NCBI GenBank assembly: GCA_021792255.1
Contig: JAJYUZ010000003.1
Location: 160,001 to 224,000, forward strand
From: Thermoplasmata archaeon
Lineage (GTDB): Archaea; Thermoplasmatota; Thermoplasmata; Thermoplasmatales; GCA-001856825
Length of the DNA: 64,000 bases
Reading direction: 5' to 3'
The notes under the pieces were generated by a model. The model made no database searches. It was not told the origin of the DNA and worked only from the letters and a program-made list of their open reading frames with translations. Shown piece after piece: positions 19,978 to 29,444 of this stretch; the stretch's first letter is position 1; each line of letters starts with the position of its first letter. The position numbers were made by a program, and so were the translations under genes.

Positions 19978-21263
19978 ATCCTCCGGTACATGTAATAGAA
20001 ATCTGTTGCGGTCTTCAGCTTGCCCACGTTCAGATCAGCGGCGCAGGAACCAAGTATTTCCCTGATCTTCTTCTTAGGCTGACCCCTTTCCCACAGCATT
20101 TCCAAGAGGATGCTCTCTAACATTTTCGGATAAGTCGTATACATGCTCCTGTTTCCGGTGACCTTCCTGATGTCCTTGAACGTTTTCAGGTCCTTGAGCA
20201 CATAGGTCTTTTCCAGTTTCTGTCTGTAGAGTGCAAGAGAATCCGAGGAAAAATTATTCCTTCCCTTCGCTTCTGCTGCCGTTTCTCCTGCGAGTATTCC
20301 GGAGAGGAACGCGTAGTTCATTCCCTGGAGGACCAATCCATTGCTGAACCCAAAACCAGCCGCATCTCCCACTATCATGTAACCATCTCCGTAAAGTTTA
20401 GGAACCATGCCCAGTCCCCCTTCTGGAATCATGTGTGCACCATACTCCGCAACGGTTCCTCCCTCAATGAGAGGAGCGATGGATGGATGCTCTTTGAATT
20501 GTTCGATTATGTCATATGTGTGCGTAATCCCGTTTTCCCTTAGCTGCTCCATCGGGGCAACTATTCCGAGGGAAATACTGTCCTTGTTGGTATAGAAGAA
20601 TGCACCGACATTCAATTCCTCCAGATTTCCCATTATATATTCGGAAGCCATTCCAGAATTGGGGGTCAGGTTGAACCTGTCCTCTATTTTCTGTGGACTG
20701 AGTTTTATTATCTCTTTGACACCGACGGAAACTTCCCAATCCTGGAGCGGCTCCCTTAGACCGGCTTCAATCGAAAGCCTTGGGTTGATTCCCTCTGCAA
20801 GTATTACCACATCCGCTGTGATAACGTCCCCAGACTCTTCCACTCCGATAATCTTGCCATCCTTCTTTGCGAGGGATTCGACTGTTATTCCAGGTATGAC
20901 CACGGCGCCAGCTTCCTTGGCTTTCTTTGCAAGCCACGGATCGAATTTTGAACGCAAGACCGTATGCCCCACTTTGTTGTCTTCGAAAATCTTTGTTTTG
21001 AAATCAATTATGATCGAAGACTTGTCAGTTAGAAATCCTATCTTTTTGTCTTGAATAAATCGTTCGAGTGGAGCTTCATTCTGCCACTTAGGTAGTATTT
21101 GCGCCAAATCATTTCCCCAGAGAACTCCTCCGGAAAGATTCTTTGCACCTGGTGGGTCGGACCGATCTACGAGCAAGACGCTCAGCCCTTTTGAAGCCAT
21201 CGTGATTGCTGCAGCTGATCCAGCATTTCCGGCACCAACAACTATAGCGTCATAATCTGGCAT
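19974..21263 (-). CDS. fixC: FAD-dependent ETF:quinone oxidoreductase FixC
   Basis: GAGNAG, GAKNLSGG, RSKFDPWLA, EYGAHMIPEGG, GDAAGF. Confidence 0.92.
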   Translation of the reverse strand: MPDYDAIVVGAGNAGSAAAITMASKGLSVLLVDRSDPPGAKNLSGGVLWGNDLAQILPKWQNEAPLERFIQDKKIGFLTDKSSIIIDFKTKIFEDNKVGHTVLRSKFDPWLAKKAKEAGAVVIPGITVESLAKKDGKIIGVEESGDVITADVVILAEGINPRLSIEAGLREPLQDWEVSVGVKEIIKLSPQKIEDRFNLTPNSGMASEYIMGNLEELNVGAFFYTNKDSISLGIVAPMEQLRENGITHTYDIIEQFKEHPSIAPLIEGGTVAEYGAHMIPEGGLGMVPKLYGDGYMIVGDAAGFGFSNGLVLQGMNYAFLSGILAGETAAEAKGRNNFSSDSLALYRQKLEKTYVLKDLKTFKDIRKVTGNRSMYTTYPKMLESILLEMLWERGQPKKKIREILGSCAADLNVGKLKTATDFYYMYRRM

Positions 21264-21352
21264 CTTTTTGAGAGCACTTCAAAAGTATTTACGTTTTCGA
21301 TTATTCTGTTCATAAAAAGAATTTTAAGGACGTAGTAATCACAAGGAGAAAT

Positions 21353-21427
21353 GCCACCGTAGCACAGCCTGGTACGTGCGCGTGCTTGGTAAGCACGAGG
21401 TCGCGGGTCCAAATCCCGTCGGTGGCT
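21353..21427 (+). tRNA. tRNA-Thr(GGT)
   Basis: Acceptor GCCACCG/CGGTGGC, D-stem GCAC/GTGC, anticodon arm CGTGC-TTGGTAA-GCACG, T-arm GCGGG-TCCAAAT-CCCGT. Confidence 0.95.
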
Positions 21428-21751
21428 TCTCAAATTAGGTCAGAGCTACTACTTCATTTTTTAACCAAATAACTTTGGGTGTGGGCTATAAGAGTTCATT
21501 TCAAACATGTTGCTCGGCCGACCTTAAACATTCCTTCAAAATTGTTTCGCCGTACCGTATAATGACCCATTACAAACATCAGTATGGATTGGAAATTCAC
21601 AACCAATGACCCCTATAAGTTCAGATACCTCTTACATCTTTAGTTCCCACTTTCTCTTGGAAATAGAAGTTCTCTATCTGTTGAAATGAAGTCATCTCTC
21701 CAGAATTAGAACACCGCGAAATTAGAAGTGAATTTATTAAGTCGTTAGGAA

Positions 21752-22879
21752 TTGTCTCACGTGCGCTCTCCTGCTGAACGCATTATTCCTATCTTCTTCA
21801 TATCAGTCGGAGCGCTAGCGGTTGCTCTCTTATTTTATTATCAGATACTTGAATATGCATCTATCGGAGTAATCAATCTAGGCAGTTACTTTCTTTATGA
21901 GGGAATTTTTCTGCTGGCTCTGGTCCCAATTACGATTCCAGTACTTCATTTTTTTAGAGAACGTTCAACAGAGGATTATGACGAGCCATCACCCAGGAAA
22001 TTCTTGAGAAAGTCGTTTGGCATTTTGTGGATTTTTGATGGTATACTTCAAATGCAACTTCCCTTTCTTACTCTCTTCGTCCAATATAACTTGATCCCTC
22101 TTCTAGGATCTGAACCAATAGTGACATTCCTTACTGGACACGCAATCACTCTTTGGAACGTTAACCCCCCACTAATGGACGTTATTGCATCCCTCTTACA
22201 GGTATATCTTGGTATATTTTTCCTGACCTACAAGAGGGGGTTCGTTTTCAGGCTTGCCCAGGTATCTGCAATCTCTTGGAGTCTGGTTATTTGGATGTTC
22301 GCGGAAGGACTTGGCGGCATTCTATCTCCAAGCGCAACATTGCTCACCGGTTCCCCGGGCTCTGCTCTTTTTTACGCAATTGCTTCGTTCCTCTTGCTGA
22401 TATATGAACAAGAATCTTCATCAGGAAGGGCCCGCACAGTGACGAGGGTGACAATGAGCGTCACTTTCTTAGGATTTGCCATTTCTCAAATCTTGCCGTC
22501 CAATGGATTCTGGGCTGCTCTTCCGATTTCATCCTTTCCGTCTCCGTTTGCATTACTGAACAACCTGACATTCATCACCTTGCTCATAAGTCAGCACGCC
22601 TCCATTTTGAATGCCGTATACGTTCTTGTGATGTTCGCAATAGGCGTCTCTTGGCTTGTGCTTCCCCGGTTCGCTGGTTTTCCAACGTTGTTGTGGGGCT
22701 TCTTCACTTGGTACATTTATCAGGGATTCGGTATCTTTGGCATGACCAGTAGCACTGACCCGAACACTGGCTTGCCACTAATATTTATTTCTTTGACCTT
22801 CCTTCTAATTACCAGGTCGACTGATGTCATTCAAAATTACAAATTTGCTTTCTACCGTAGAAAAAAGAGCTTGGTGTAG
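21752..22879 (+). CDS. Polytopic membrane protein, unknown function
   Basis: 375-aa ORF with about 10 hydrophobic segments; WIFDGILQ, EGLGG, TGSPGSA, TDPNTG motifs. Confidence 0.8.
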   Translation: MSHVRSPAERIIPIFFISVGALAVALLFYYQILEYASIGVINLGSYFLYEGIFLLALVPITIPVLHFFRERSTEDYDEPSPRKFLRKSFGILWIFDGILQMQLPFLTLFVQYNLIPLLGSEPIVTFLTGHAITLWNVNPPLMDVIASLLQVYLGIFFLTYKRGFVFRLAQVSAISWSLVIWMFAEGLGGILSPSATLLTGSPGSALFYAIASFLLLIYEQESSSGRARTVTRVTMSVTFLGFAISQILPSNGFWAALPISSFPSPFALLNNLTFITLLISQHASILNAVYVLVMFAIGVSWLVLPRFAGFPTLLWGFFTWYIYQGFGIFGMTSSTDPNTGLPLIFISLTFLLITRSTDVIQNYKFAFYRRKKSLV

Positions 22880-23130
22880 CACGGTAAGATCGGTTGTAGC
22901 AAAATGTTTCGTGTCTTGTGGTTGTTTCCTAATACTTGGATGTTTGCCTCTTTTGGAATAACTATTTTTAGAAATGGCGATGGACTGGAATTGTGCGAAA
23001 TTATTTTTGAAGTCTTTTTACCTCATTTTCGCCCACTATGACAAGCCGTAGATTTACCAAAAAATCGGCTATAGCAGCCGATTTCCAAACCATTATATAG
23101 ACGAAAAAGCATTCGCATCTTAGTGATAGT

Positions 23131-24624
23131 ATGACCTATCAAATGTTTGTTAACGGGGAGTGGAAAGATTCCTCGGATGAACAGAAGATCTCGGTTATAA
23201 ATCCTGCGACTGGATCAATAATTGCTGAAGTCCCAAGCGCCAGTTCAGAGGATGTTGCACTCGCAGCTGAATCTGCGAAAGAATCTTTCTTTGAAGGTAC
23301 TTGGAGCAGAATTAGTCCTGGTGAAAGGGCGACCGTTCTCCTCAAAGTAGCACAAATAATGGAAGACAGGACGCAGGAGCTGGCGAAGCTGGAAACTCAG
23401 ATATCCGGTAAATCTATCAAACAGTCATCGGGGTACGATCTGCCATACACGGTAGACAACGTTAGATTCATCGCTGGAGCTGCGAGAATTCTCGAAGGAA
23501 AGGCGATGGGTGAATATGTACAGGATGGCACAAGTGCAATCAGGAGAGAGCCTATCGGTGTGGTAGGAGTGATAACACCATGGAACTATCCGCTGATGAT
23601 GGTCGTTTGGCGGGCATTTCCCGCTCTCGCGATGGGAAACAGCGTGGTGGTAAAACCCGCAAGCTACACTCCTTTGACGACCCTTGAACTTGCAAAAATT
23701 ATGGAAAAGGCCGGCGTTCCCAAGGGTGTTTTCAATGTTATCACAGGACCTGGGGGAAAGGTAGGAGAAGAACTAGCTGGAAACAAGAACATAGACATGA
23801 TCGCGTTTACGGGAAGCACAGAGGTTGGCAAGAGACTATCAGAACTCGGATCTTCCACTCTCAAGAAAGTTTCTCTTGAGCTTGGTGGTAAGGCTCCTTT
23901 CATCGTTTTTAGAGATGCGGACCTTGATGCTGCGACAGAGGGTGCTGTAGTCGGTGGCCTTGTCAACAATGGCCAGGATTGTGCAAACGCTACCAGATAT
24001 TATGTGCACGAATCCGTAAAGGACAAGTTTGTCGATCTTCTATTAAAAAAGCTTAAGAAAGTCAAAGTTGGAGATCCTACTGACCCCAGTACTGACATTG
24101 GACCGCTCATATCCAGCTCACACAGGGACAGAGTCGAGGGGTATATCGAGAGGGGAGTGAAACAGGGAGGAAAACTTCTGGAAGGAGGTAGTAGACCCAA
24201 ACTGAAAGGAATGGAGAATGGATTCTTCCTCAATCCGACGGTGATCTATACTGAAAACCAGAAATCTGACATTGTTCAGGAAGAAATATTCGGTCCCGTT
24301 TTCAGTGTGCTTCCGTTTTCGACGTACGATGAAGCAATCGCCAATAGCAATGACGTGGTCTATGGACTGGGTGCCTCGGTCTGGACGAAGGACGTCACAA
24401 CGTCGATGAGAGCGGTAAGGGACCTGAGATTTGGGACCGTGTGGGTCAACGAACACATTCCAGTACCATCAGAGATGCCATGGGCGGGTTATAAACAGAG
24501 TGGCCACGGTGCCTCTCTTTCGCCCTACAGCCTAGAGGAATTCACTTACATCAAGCACGTTTATTTTGATCTGACGGGCGGAGTAAGAAAGAGCTGGTAC
24601 TACCAGATTTATGGAGGGCAGTAG
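23131..24624 (+). CDS. NAD-dependent aldehyde dehydrogenase (aminobutyraldehyde/betaine aldehyde type)
   Basis: ITPWNYP, FTGSTEVG, LELGGK, catalytic GQDC, EEIFGPV, EMPWAGYKQSG. Confidence 0.93.
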   Translation: MTYQMFVNGEWKDSSDEQKISVINPATGSIIAEVPSASSEDVALAAESAKESFFEGTWSRISPGERATVLLKVAQIMEDRTQELAKLETQISGKSIKQSSGYDLPYTVDNVRFIAGAARILEGKAMGEYVQDGTSAIRREPIGVVGVITPWNYPLMMVVWRAFPALAMGNSVVVKPASYTPLTTLELAKIMEKAGVPKGVFNVITGPGGKVGEELAGNKNIDMIAFTGSTEVGKRLSELGSSTLKKVSLELGGKAPFIVFRDADLDAATEGAVVGGLVNNGQDCANATRYYVHESVKDKFVDLLLKKLKKVKVGDPTDPSTDIGPLISSSHRDRVEGYIERGVKQGGKLLEGGSRPKLKGMENGFFLNPTVIYTENQKSDIVQEEIFGPVFSVLPFSTYDEAIANSNDVVYGLGASVWTKDVTTSMRAVRDLRFGTVWVNEHIPVPSEMPWAGYKQSGHGASLSPYSLEEFTYIKHVYFDLTGGVRKSWYYQIYGGQ

Positions 24625-25917
24625 GTGATCAAAATGAACTCTGATGGATATAATCCTTTGAAAGTGAATACAAACCTGGACTTCGGAAACCCATCGAGAG
24701 TAGTTTTTGGATTGGGTGCTGCGTACAACAGTTTGCCAGGACTCATAAAGGAGCTCAACCCGAAAAAAACCGTCCTGGTGAGCGATGAAATAGTTTCCAA
24801 GACAGGTGCTCTGGAAAAAATAGAATCGTCTCTCAAGGCGGCGGATTTGAAATTTGAGGAGCTGCTGATCCCGGTCGGCGAGCCGACGACAGAGATGACA
24901 AGAGACCTTGTAGATAGAGCCCGTAAAGATAGACCAGAGATGTACGTAGGGATAGGTGGAGGAAGCGTACTTGATATGACAAAGTTGATGTCGATAATGG
25001 TGACAAATCACGGAGAGCCAAAGAATTATTACGCACTACCTCCGGATCCCTGGTCCGATAAAGTTACCAACGTCGGAGTAAGGAAAATTCTAATTTCGAC
25101 TACCGCAGGTACAGGCAGTGAGACCTCTAACACTCTTGTAGTGACAGAAGGTGGTTACAAAACGTGGATAACGAGTTCAAAGGTCACTGCAAACGTATCG
25201 CTCATCGATCCATCGTTGACTTTTACCTTGCCCCCGGTCGCTACGAGAAACACTGGAATGGATGCACTAAGCCACTTGATCGAGGGAGTGCTGACAAACA
25301 TGCCAAACCCCGTATCAGATGGAATGATCCAACAGGGAGTCCATCTAGTTTCCAAGTATCTCGTTAGGGCATACAACAACGGAAATGATGAAGAAGCGAG
25401 AGTGAACATGTCTTTTGCCGCGATGATGGGAGGCTGGGTGATTGCGTTCCCATGGGTCGGTGGCCCCGCAACTATTGGGCACTGCATGTCAGAGGCTCTG
25501 GGTCCGAAATTTGGTATCCCCCATGGATTCGCGTGCGCGATAATGTTGCCTCACGCTATGGACTTTAACCTTCCACTGGTCGCGCCTAGACTCAGATCAG
25601 TCGCAGAAGCGTTTGGGGTGGATACGTACGGACTTTCTGATATAGAAGCTGCCTCCGAAGCCATAAATTCCGTAGTATCACTAATGAAGAGTCTGGAGAT
25701 GCCAGTTGCCCTGAAGAATGCTTCTAAATTCAAAAAGGACAGGCTTGCAGAGATGTTCGATTATGTGCTGAACGAAAGGCAGTACATTTACAACCTCCCT
25801 GTCTACAATCCGAGGAGACTGACCAGAGAGAATTTGTCAGAATTGTTTGATGATGTCTGGGAGGGCAAGTTCACCACGGCTTCAAAGCTGGCAGAGGGTA
25901 GCGTGAAAACTTTTTAA
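24625..25917 (+). CDS. Iron-containing (class III) alcohol dehydrogenase family
   Basis: GGGSVLD, TTAGTGSE, metal ligands DALSH, GHC, PHG. Confidence 0.9.
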   Translation: MIKMNSDGYNPLKVNTNLDFGNPSRVVFGLGAAYNSLPGLIKELNPKKTVLVSDEIVSKTGALEKIESSLKAADLKFEELLIPVGEPTTEMTRDLVDRARKDRPEMYVGIGGGSVLDMTKLMSIMVTNHGEPKNYYALPPDPWSDKVTNVGVRKILISTTAGTGSETSNTLVVTEGGYKTWITSSKVTANVSLIDPSLTFTLPPVATRNTGMDALSHLIEGVLTNMPNPVSDGMIQQGVHLVSKYLVRAYNNGNDEEARVNMSFAAMMGGWVIAFPWVGGPATIGHCMSEALGPKFGIPHGFACAIMLPHAMDFNLPLVAPRLRSVAEAFGVDTYGLSDIEAASEAINSVVSLMKSLEMPVALKNASKFKKDRLAEMFDYVLNERQYIYNLPVYNPRRLTRENLSELFDDVWEGKFTTASKLAEGSVKTF

Positions 25918-25968
25918 GTCCTCTCCTCACTACATCAAAACTAAATACAGAGCTTAGCTTTTACTCGA

Positions 25969-26100
25969 ATGTCACTGAAGGTCGGAGATAGAGCCCCAGA
26001 CTTTGACAGATTGACGGACGTCAGTGAAAAAATCCATGAGTGCAAAACTAAAGAACGACTCCATCTTCTATCCAAAGAACACTTCTAAGATGTTCTGAAG
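25969..26100 (+). pseudogene. bcp: Decayed 5' fragment of peroxiredoxin (Bcp/PrxQ)
   Basis: MSLKVGDRAPDF.RLTD.SEKI, then shifted frame SAKLKNDSIFYPK; colinear with the longer bcp pseudogene at 35834. Confidence 0.7.
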
Positions 26101-26426
26101 CTTATTTCTGCCTATTTTAGTCTAAATACCTCGAGCATTTGAAACGCACCTTAATATCGATACTGAAACTAATGCTAGATCAAGACAATCGGAGTACATA
26201 AAAAAAACCAATATTATTTTTTCAAGGAAATAGAGTCGTCTGTATCTTGTGCTTTTATTTGCGATCCAGTCAGTGGCTCTACAAATTGGGCTTGTGTTCC
26301 AAGACGTCACTTATCTAATTGATCGATATTCTTAGTTTGCAGTATACTTGTAGATAGCAAGAATGAAAAGTAAGAATAAGGGGTTGGTTCAATTAACATT
26401 TAATATTAAAAAATCCCTATGCTATT

Positions 26427-27770
26427 GTGTATAGAATCGGCATAGAAGAACACGATAGCACCTTCTATGCGATAGTTCTGACAAATAATGACAAAGTTCT
26501 ATGGAAGGGAAAAAACAAAGATCTGACTGAACTTCTGAACCTTCTCGACGAAAGTGAAGCGCTGAAAGGGCATGATATCGAGTATGCAGCATTTTCAACC
26601 GATATTGTAAACAGCATTTCTCCAGTTATGAAAAGAACTTCCCCCATTGTTCTGATAAAAGTGGGAGGATCCAAAGATAACTTTTCTTATGTGTCTACAG
26701 AGAGGAATTCTCGCCCCTTCAAGGGATTGGAAATTCATAATTACTTTATTAAGGGTGCAATGAAACCATATGGAGAAGAAGAATCGCCTTTAGATTCCAA
26801 GGAAATCAAAAAAATAGCCAAAATACTCAACGAAGACAAAAGTGTTAAGGGAGTTGGGATCATAGGTCAATTCTCAAACTTTTTACCTCAGCATGAAGAA
26901 AAGATCGCAAGAGAGCTGAATAAGACTATTGAGAGAAAGATTTCAATTTGTTTGTCCTCATTGGTGTCCCACAGGAGCCTGGTGTACAGGGAAAGACTCC
27001 TCGTTATGAACCTAATTTTGGCAATTTCAGCCAGTCAGCATCTGATATTCATAGCAGAAAAGTTGAAAGAGTACCTAGGGCGTTCAAGACTCTATTTCTT
27101 AGGTTCTGATGGTTCACTAGTGCCAAACGAGACGGCACTTAATTACCCAGTGCTGCTGAATGGGTCGTCATACGTGTCGAAAATTGTTGGGCTTGGTGCA
27201 ACCACTGATTTGAAAGACCTCAACTTGATTACCAAGCTCGGAAAGAAGATTGTCCTCATGTCGTCATTCGATGGCGAGCCAGTATTAAAGAGGAAGGAGG
27301 ATACCTTTAAGAAAGGAATCAACGTTTTTTCTTCTGGAGTCATGAGACCGCTGAGTGGCAGATCAGAAGAGATTGAGCTCGTAATAAGAAATCTTAAAAA
27401 GAAAGATGAAACAACTACCGTGATAGACAAGAGTATCTTTCAAGAGTACCCCAAGCTTAATACCTGCGGTGCCAGATTGCAAAAGGTAGACGGATACCTA
27501 GGGGCTATGGGAGCAGTCTCAGCACCAATAAGGTTGACAATGGATTTCCTAGGCTCTATCCAGTTCAGTGGGAGGAAAGAAATATTGGAATCCTTCAAGA
27601 ACATTGTCAGGGAAAAAATCATAGAGGTGGGAGCAAAAACTGAGTCGGTAAGAGTCGTTCAAGTGGAAGAGATCCCTCTAAGTTATTTACCATGGGATAG
27701 CCTAAGAATCAGGATTTCAGTTGAAGGAAGACCGGGAGGCAGCCCCACATCTGGAGGCAAGCGGAAGTGA
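26427..27770 (+). CDS. Divergent hydantoinase-A/oxoprolinase-like protein lacking ATP-binding motifs (putative pseudoenzyme)
   Basis: Colinear with the 32813 protein (RIGI start, YGEEESPLD, RERLLVMN, SDGSL, GAMGA, QVEEIPLSYLP..LRIRISVEG) but DVGST and DVGGATT are lost. Confidence 0.75.
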   Translation: MYRIGIEEHDSTFYAIVLTNNDKVLWKGKNKDLTELLNLLDESEALKGHDIEYAAFSTDIVNSISPVMKRTSPIVLIKVGGSKDNFSYVSTERNSRPFKGLEIHNYFIKGAMKPYGEEESPLDSKEIKKIAKILNEDKSVKGVGIIGQFSNFLPQHEEKIARELNKTIERKISICLSSLVSHRSLVYRERLLVMNLILAISASQHLIFIAEKLKEYLGRSRLYFLGSDGSLVPNETALNYPVLLNGSSYVSKIVGLGATTDLKDLNLITKLGKKIVLMSSFDGEPVLKRKEDTFKKGINVFSSGVMRPLSGRSEEIELVIRNLKKKDETTTVIDKSIFQEYPKLNTCGARLQKVDGYLGAMGAVSAPIRLTMDFLGSIQFSGRKEILESFKNIVREKIIEVGAKTESVRVVQVEEIPLSYLPWDSLRIRISVEGRPGGSPTSGGKRK

Positions 27771-27777
27771 GTTTGAT

Positions 27778-28269
27778 TTGATTGAAAGGGGAGAGACTAA
27801 ACAAGAAGAGCACCTGGACGAGATAGACATAGGCATAATTAATATCTTGCTGGAAGACGGAACCAAGAATTTGAGTCAAATTGCCTCTGTACTTAAAGTG
27901 GGAATAGCCACCGTTCACAGAAGGCTAAGGAAACTTAGGGATGAGGGTGTTATTGAGGGTTATACCCTTCTAGTGAACCCGAAGAAGTTGGGTCTTAATG
28001 TGATTGCAATTACTTCCCTGAAAGTCGTGTCAGGCAGAGAACAAGAGATTCTCAAAGAGGTCGAAAAGATTAGAGATGTAACTGAGATATACAAGATCTC
28101 CGGCCAATTCGAGATAATCTTGAAGATAAAGGCAGGAGATCTTGGGGAACTGAACAAGATTCTAGACAGGATCAAGATAGTAAACGGAATTCAAGAGATA
28201 AACACGAGCGTGGTTCTTGAAGTCCTTCGGGATCAACCCATACACCCTATCGGTGGTGAGACCAAATGA
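27778..28269 (+). CDS. Lrp/AsnC family transcriptional regulator
   Basis: LDEIDIGIINILLEDG..LSQIA..TVHRRLRKLRDEGVIEGY HTH plus RAM domain (ISGQFEII); TTG 27778 preferred over the track start 27721. Confidence 0.93.
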   Translation: MIERGETKQEEHLDEIDIGIINILLEDGTKNLSQIASVLKVGIATVHRRLRKLRDEGVIEGYTLLVNPKKLGLNVIAITSLKVVSGREQEILKEVEKIRDVTEIYKISGQFEIILKIKAGDLGELNKILDRIKIVNGIQEINTSVVLEVLRDQPIHPIGGETK

Positions 28270-29300
28270 AGATAGGAAGGAGAGAGCTCGAATCCCTCTC
28301 TTGTGGCTCGGAGATAATTGGAGGGGGAGGAGGTGGGAATACCTTTCCTGTAAGATCTGTCCTGAATTACTATCTGAGGGAAAATCATCCTCCAGTAACC
28401 ATCGGAATTGATGACATTTCAGATTCAGCATTGGTAATGGGCGTAGCCTATCTTGGCTCTACTATGGTGATTGAAGAGAGGCTTCCGCAGGGACGGAATC
28501 TTATTTCTTCAATTAAGACTCTCGAGAATTTCATAGGAGAGAAAACATCGGCAATAATTCCAATAGAGGGGGCAGGCGTGAATGCTTTAATTCCTCTCTT
28601 GGCCTCAGTAAATTCAAAAACACCAGTGATAGATGCTGACGGCATGGGACGCGCATTCCCTGAACTTTCTATGACTACATTCTCCATAAATGGAATATCT
28701 GCTTCCCCTCTCACAATTTCAGACGATCGAGGGAATGTGGTGGTTGTAGAGGAGCTTGAAGAAAAGCTGACAGAAGAAATGGTCAGAGGGATTGCTCTTA
28801 TATATGGAGGTGGCGCATGGCTAACTGCCTTTCCCATGACCGGAGCGGAAGCAAGAAAGTTCAGCATAAAAGGGACTATTTCAAGGAACATTCGGATAGG
28901 AGACGTACTCTTGGAAAACACATCACCAAAGGAGAAAATCAAGAAGTTAGAGAGAGAATTCAACGTGAGATTGGTTGGTGAGGGCTACGTAAAAGAGATC
29001 TTTAGATACAGGGAAGGAAAGTTCTCGAAGGGTGACCTGTTCATAAAATGTTATGATGACAGATTTCTAAAGGTATCTTTTCAGAACGAATACCTGATGA
29101 TCACTGAACAAGATGAAGTAATAGCCAGTGTTCCCACCATAATCACACTAATTGACGCATATACCCTCAGACCCATAAGGACTGACGAGGTTACAACGGA
29201 AGACGAAGTATTAGCTATATGTATTCCAGAGCCTGATGAACTCAGAACCAATAAAGCTCTCAACAAGGTCGGGCCGAGAGTCTTTGGATACAAAATATGA
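28266..29300 (+). CDS. DUF917 family protein (paralog 1)
   Basis: GGGGGG, PIEGAGVN, DADGMGRAFPEL, FQNEYL, VGPRVFGY. Confidence 0.9.
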   Translation: MKIGRRELESLSCGSEIIGGGGGGNTFPVRSVLNYYLRENHPPVTIGIDDISDSALVMGVAYLGSTMVIEERLPQGRNLISSIKTLENFIGEKTSAIIPIEGAGVNALIPLLASVNSKTPVIDADGMGRAFPELSMTTFSINGISASPLTISDDRGNVVVVEELEEKLTEEMVRGIALIYGGGAWLTAFPMTGAEARKFSIKGTISRNIRIGDVLLENTSPKEKIKKLEREFNVRLVGEGYVKEIFRYREGKFSKGDLFIKCYDDRFLKVSFQNEYLMITEQDEVIASVPTIITLIDAYTLRPIRTDEVTTEDEVLAICIPEPDELRTNKALNKVGPRVFGYKI

Positions 29301-29423
29301 ATAGATCCTGTTCAGTCTTTCTTTAACAACCTCTTGACACTTGCGTGCCAGAGCTCTTAAATAAGAAGCTAGGAGATAGTGGACTAATCTTGATGGCTTT
29401 CATTTCTTATGAATTAAAATACC

Positions 29424-29441
29424 AAAAAAAAATATATAAAA
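29424..29441 (-). terminator. Oligo-U terminator of the permease operon
   Basis: Minus strand TTTTATATATTTTTTTTT immediately after the stop at 29445. Confidence 0.5.
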
Positions 29442-29444
29442 TAC

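Noticed and set aside
27721-27780. Programmed frameshift fusing the pseudo-hydantoinase to Lrp
   Set aside because: The frames overlap by 50 nt, but no slippery sequence is evident, and TTG at 27778 with an upstream purine-rich SD-like tract explains independent initiation.
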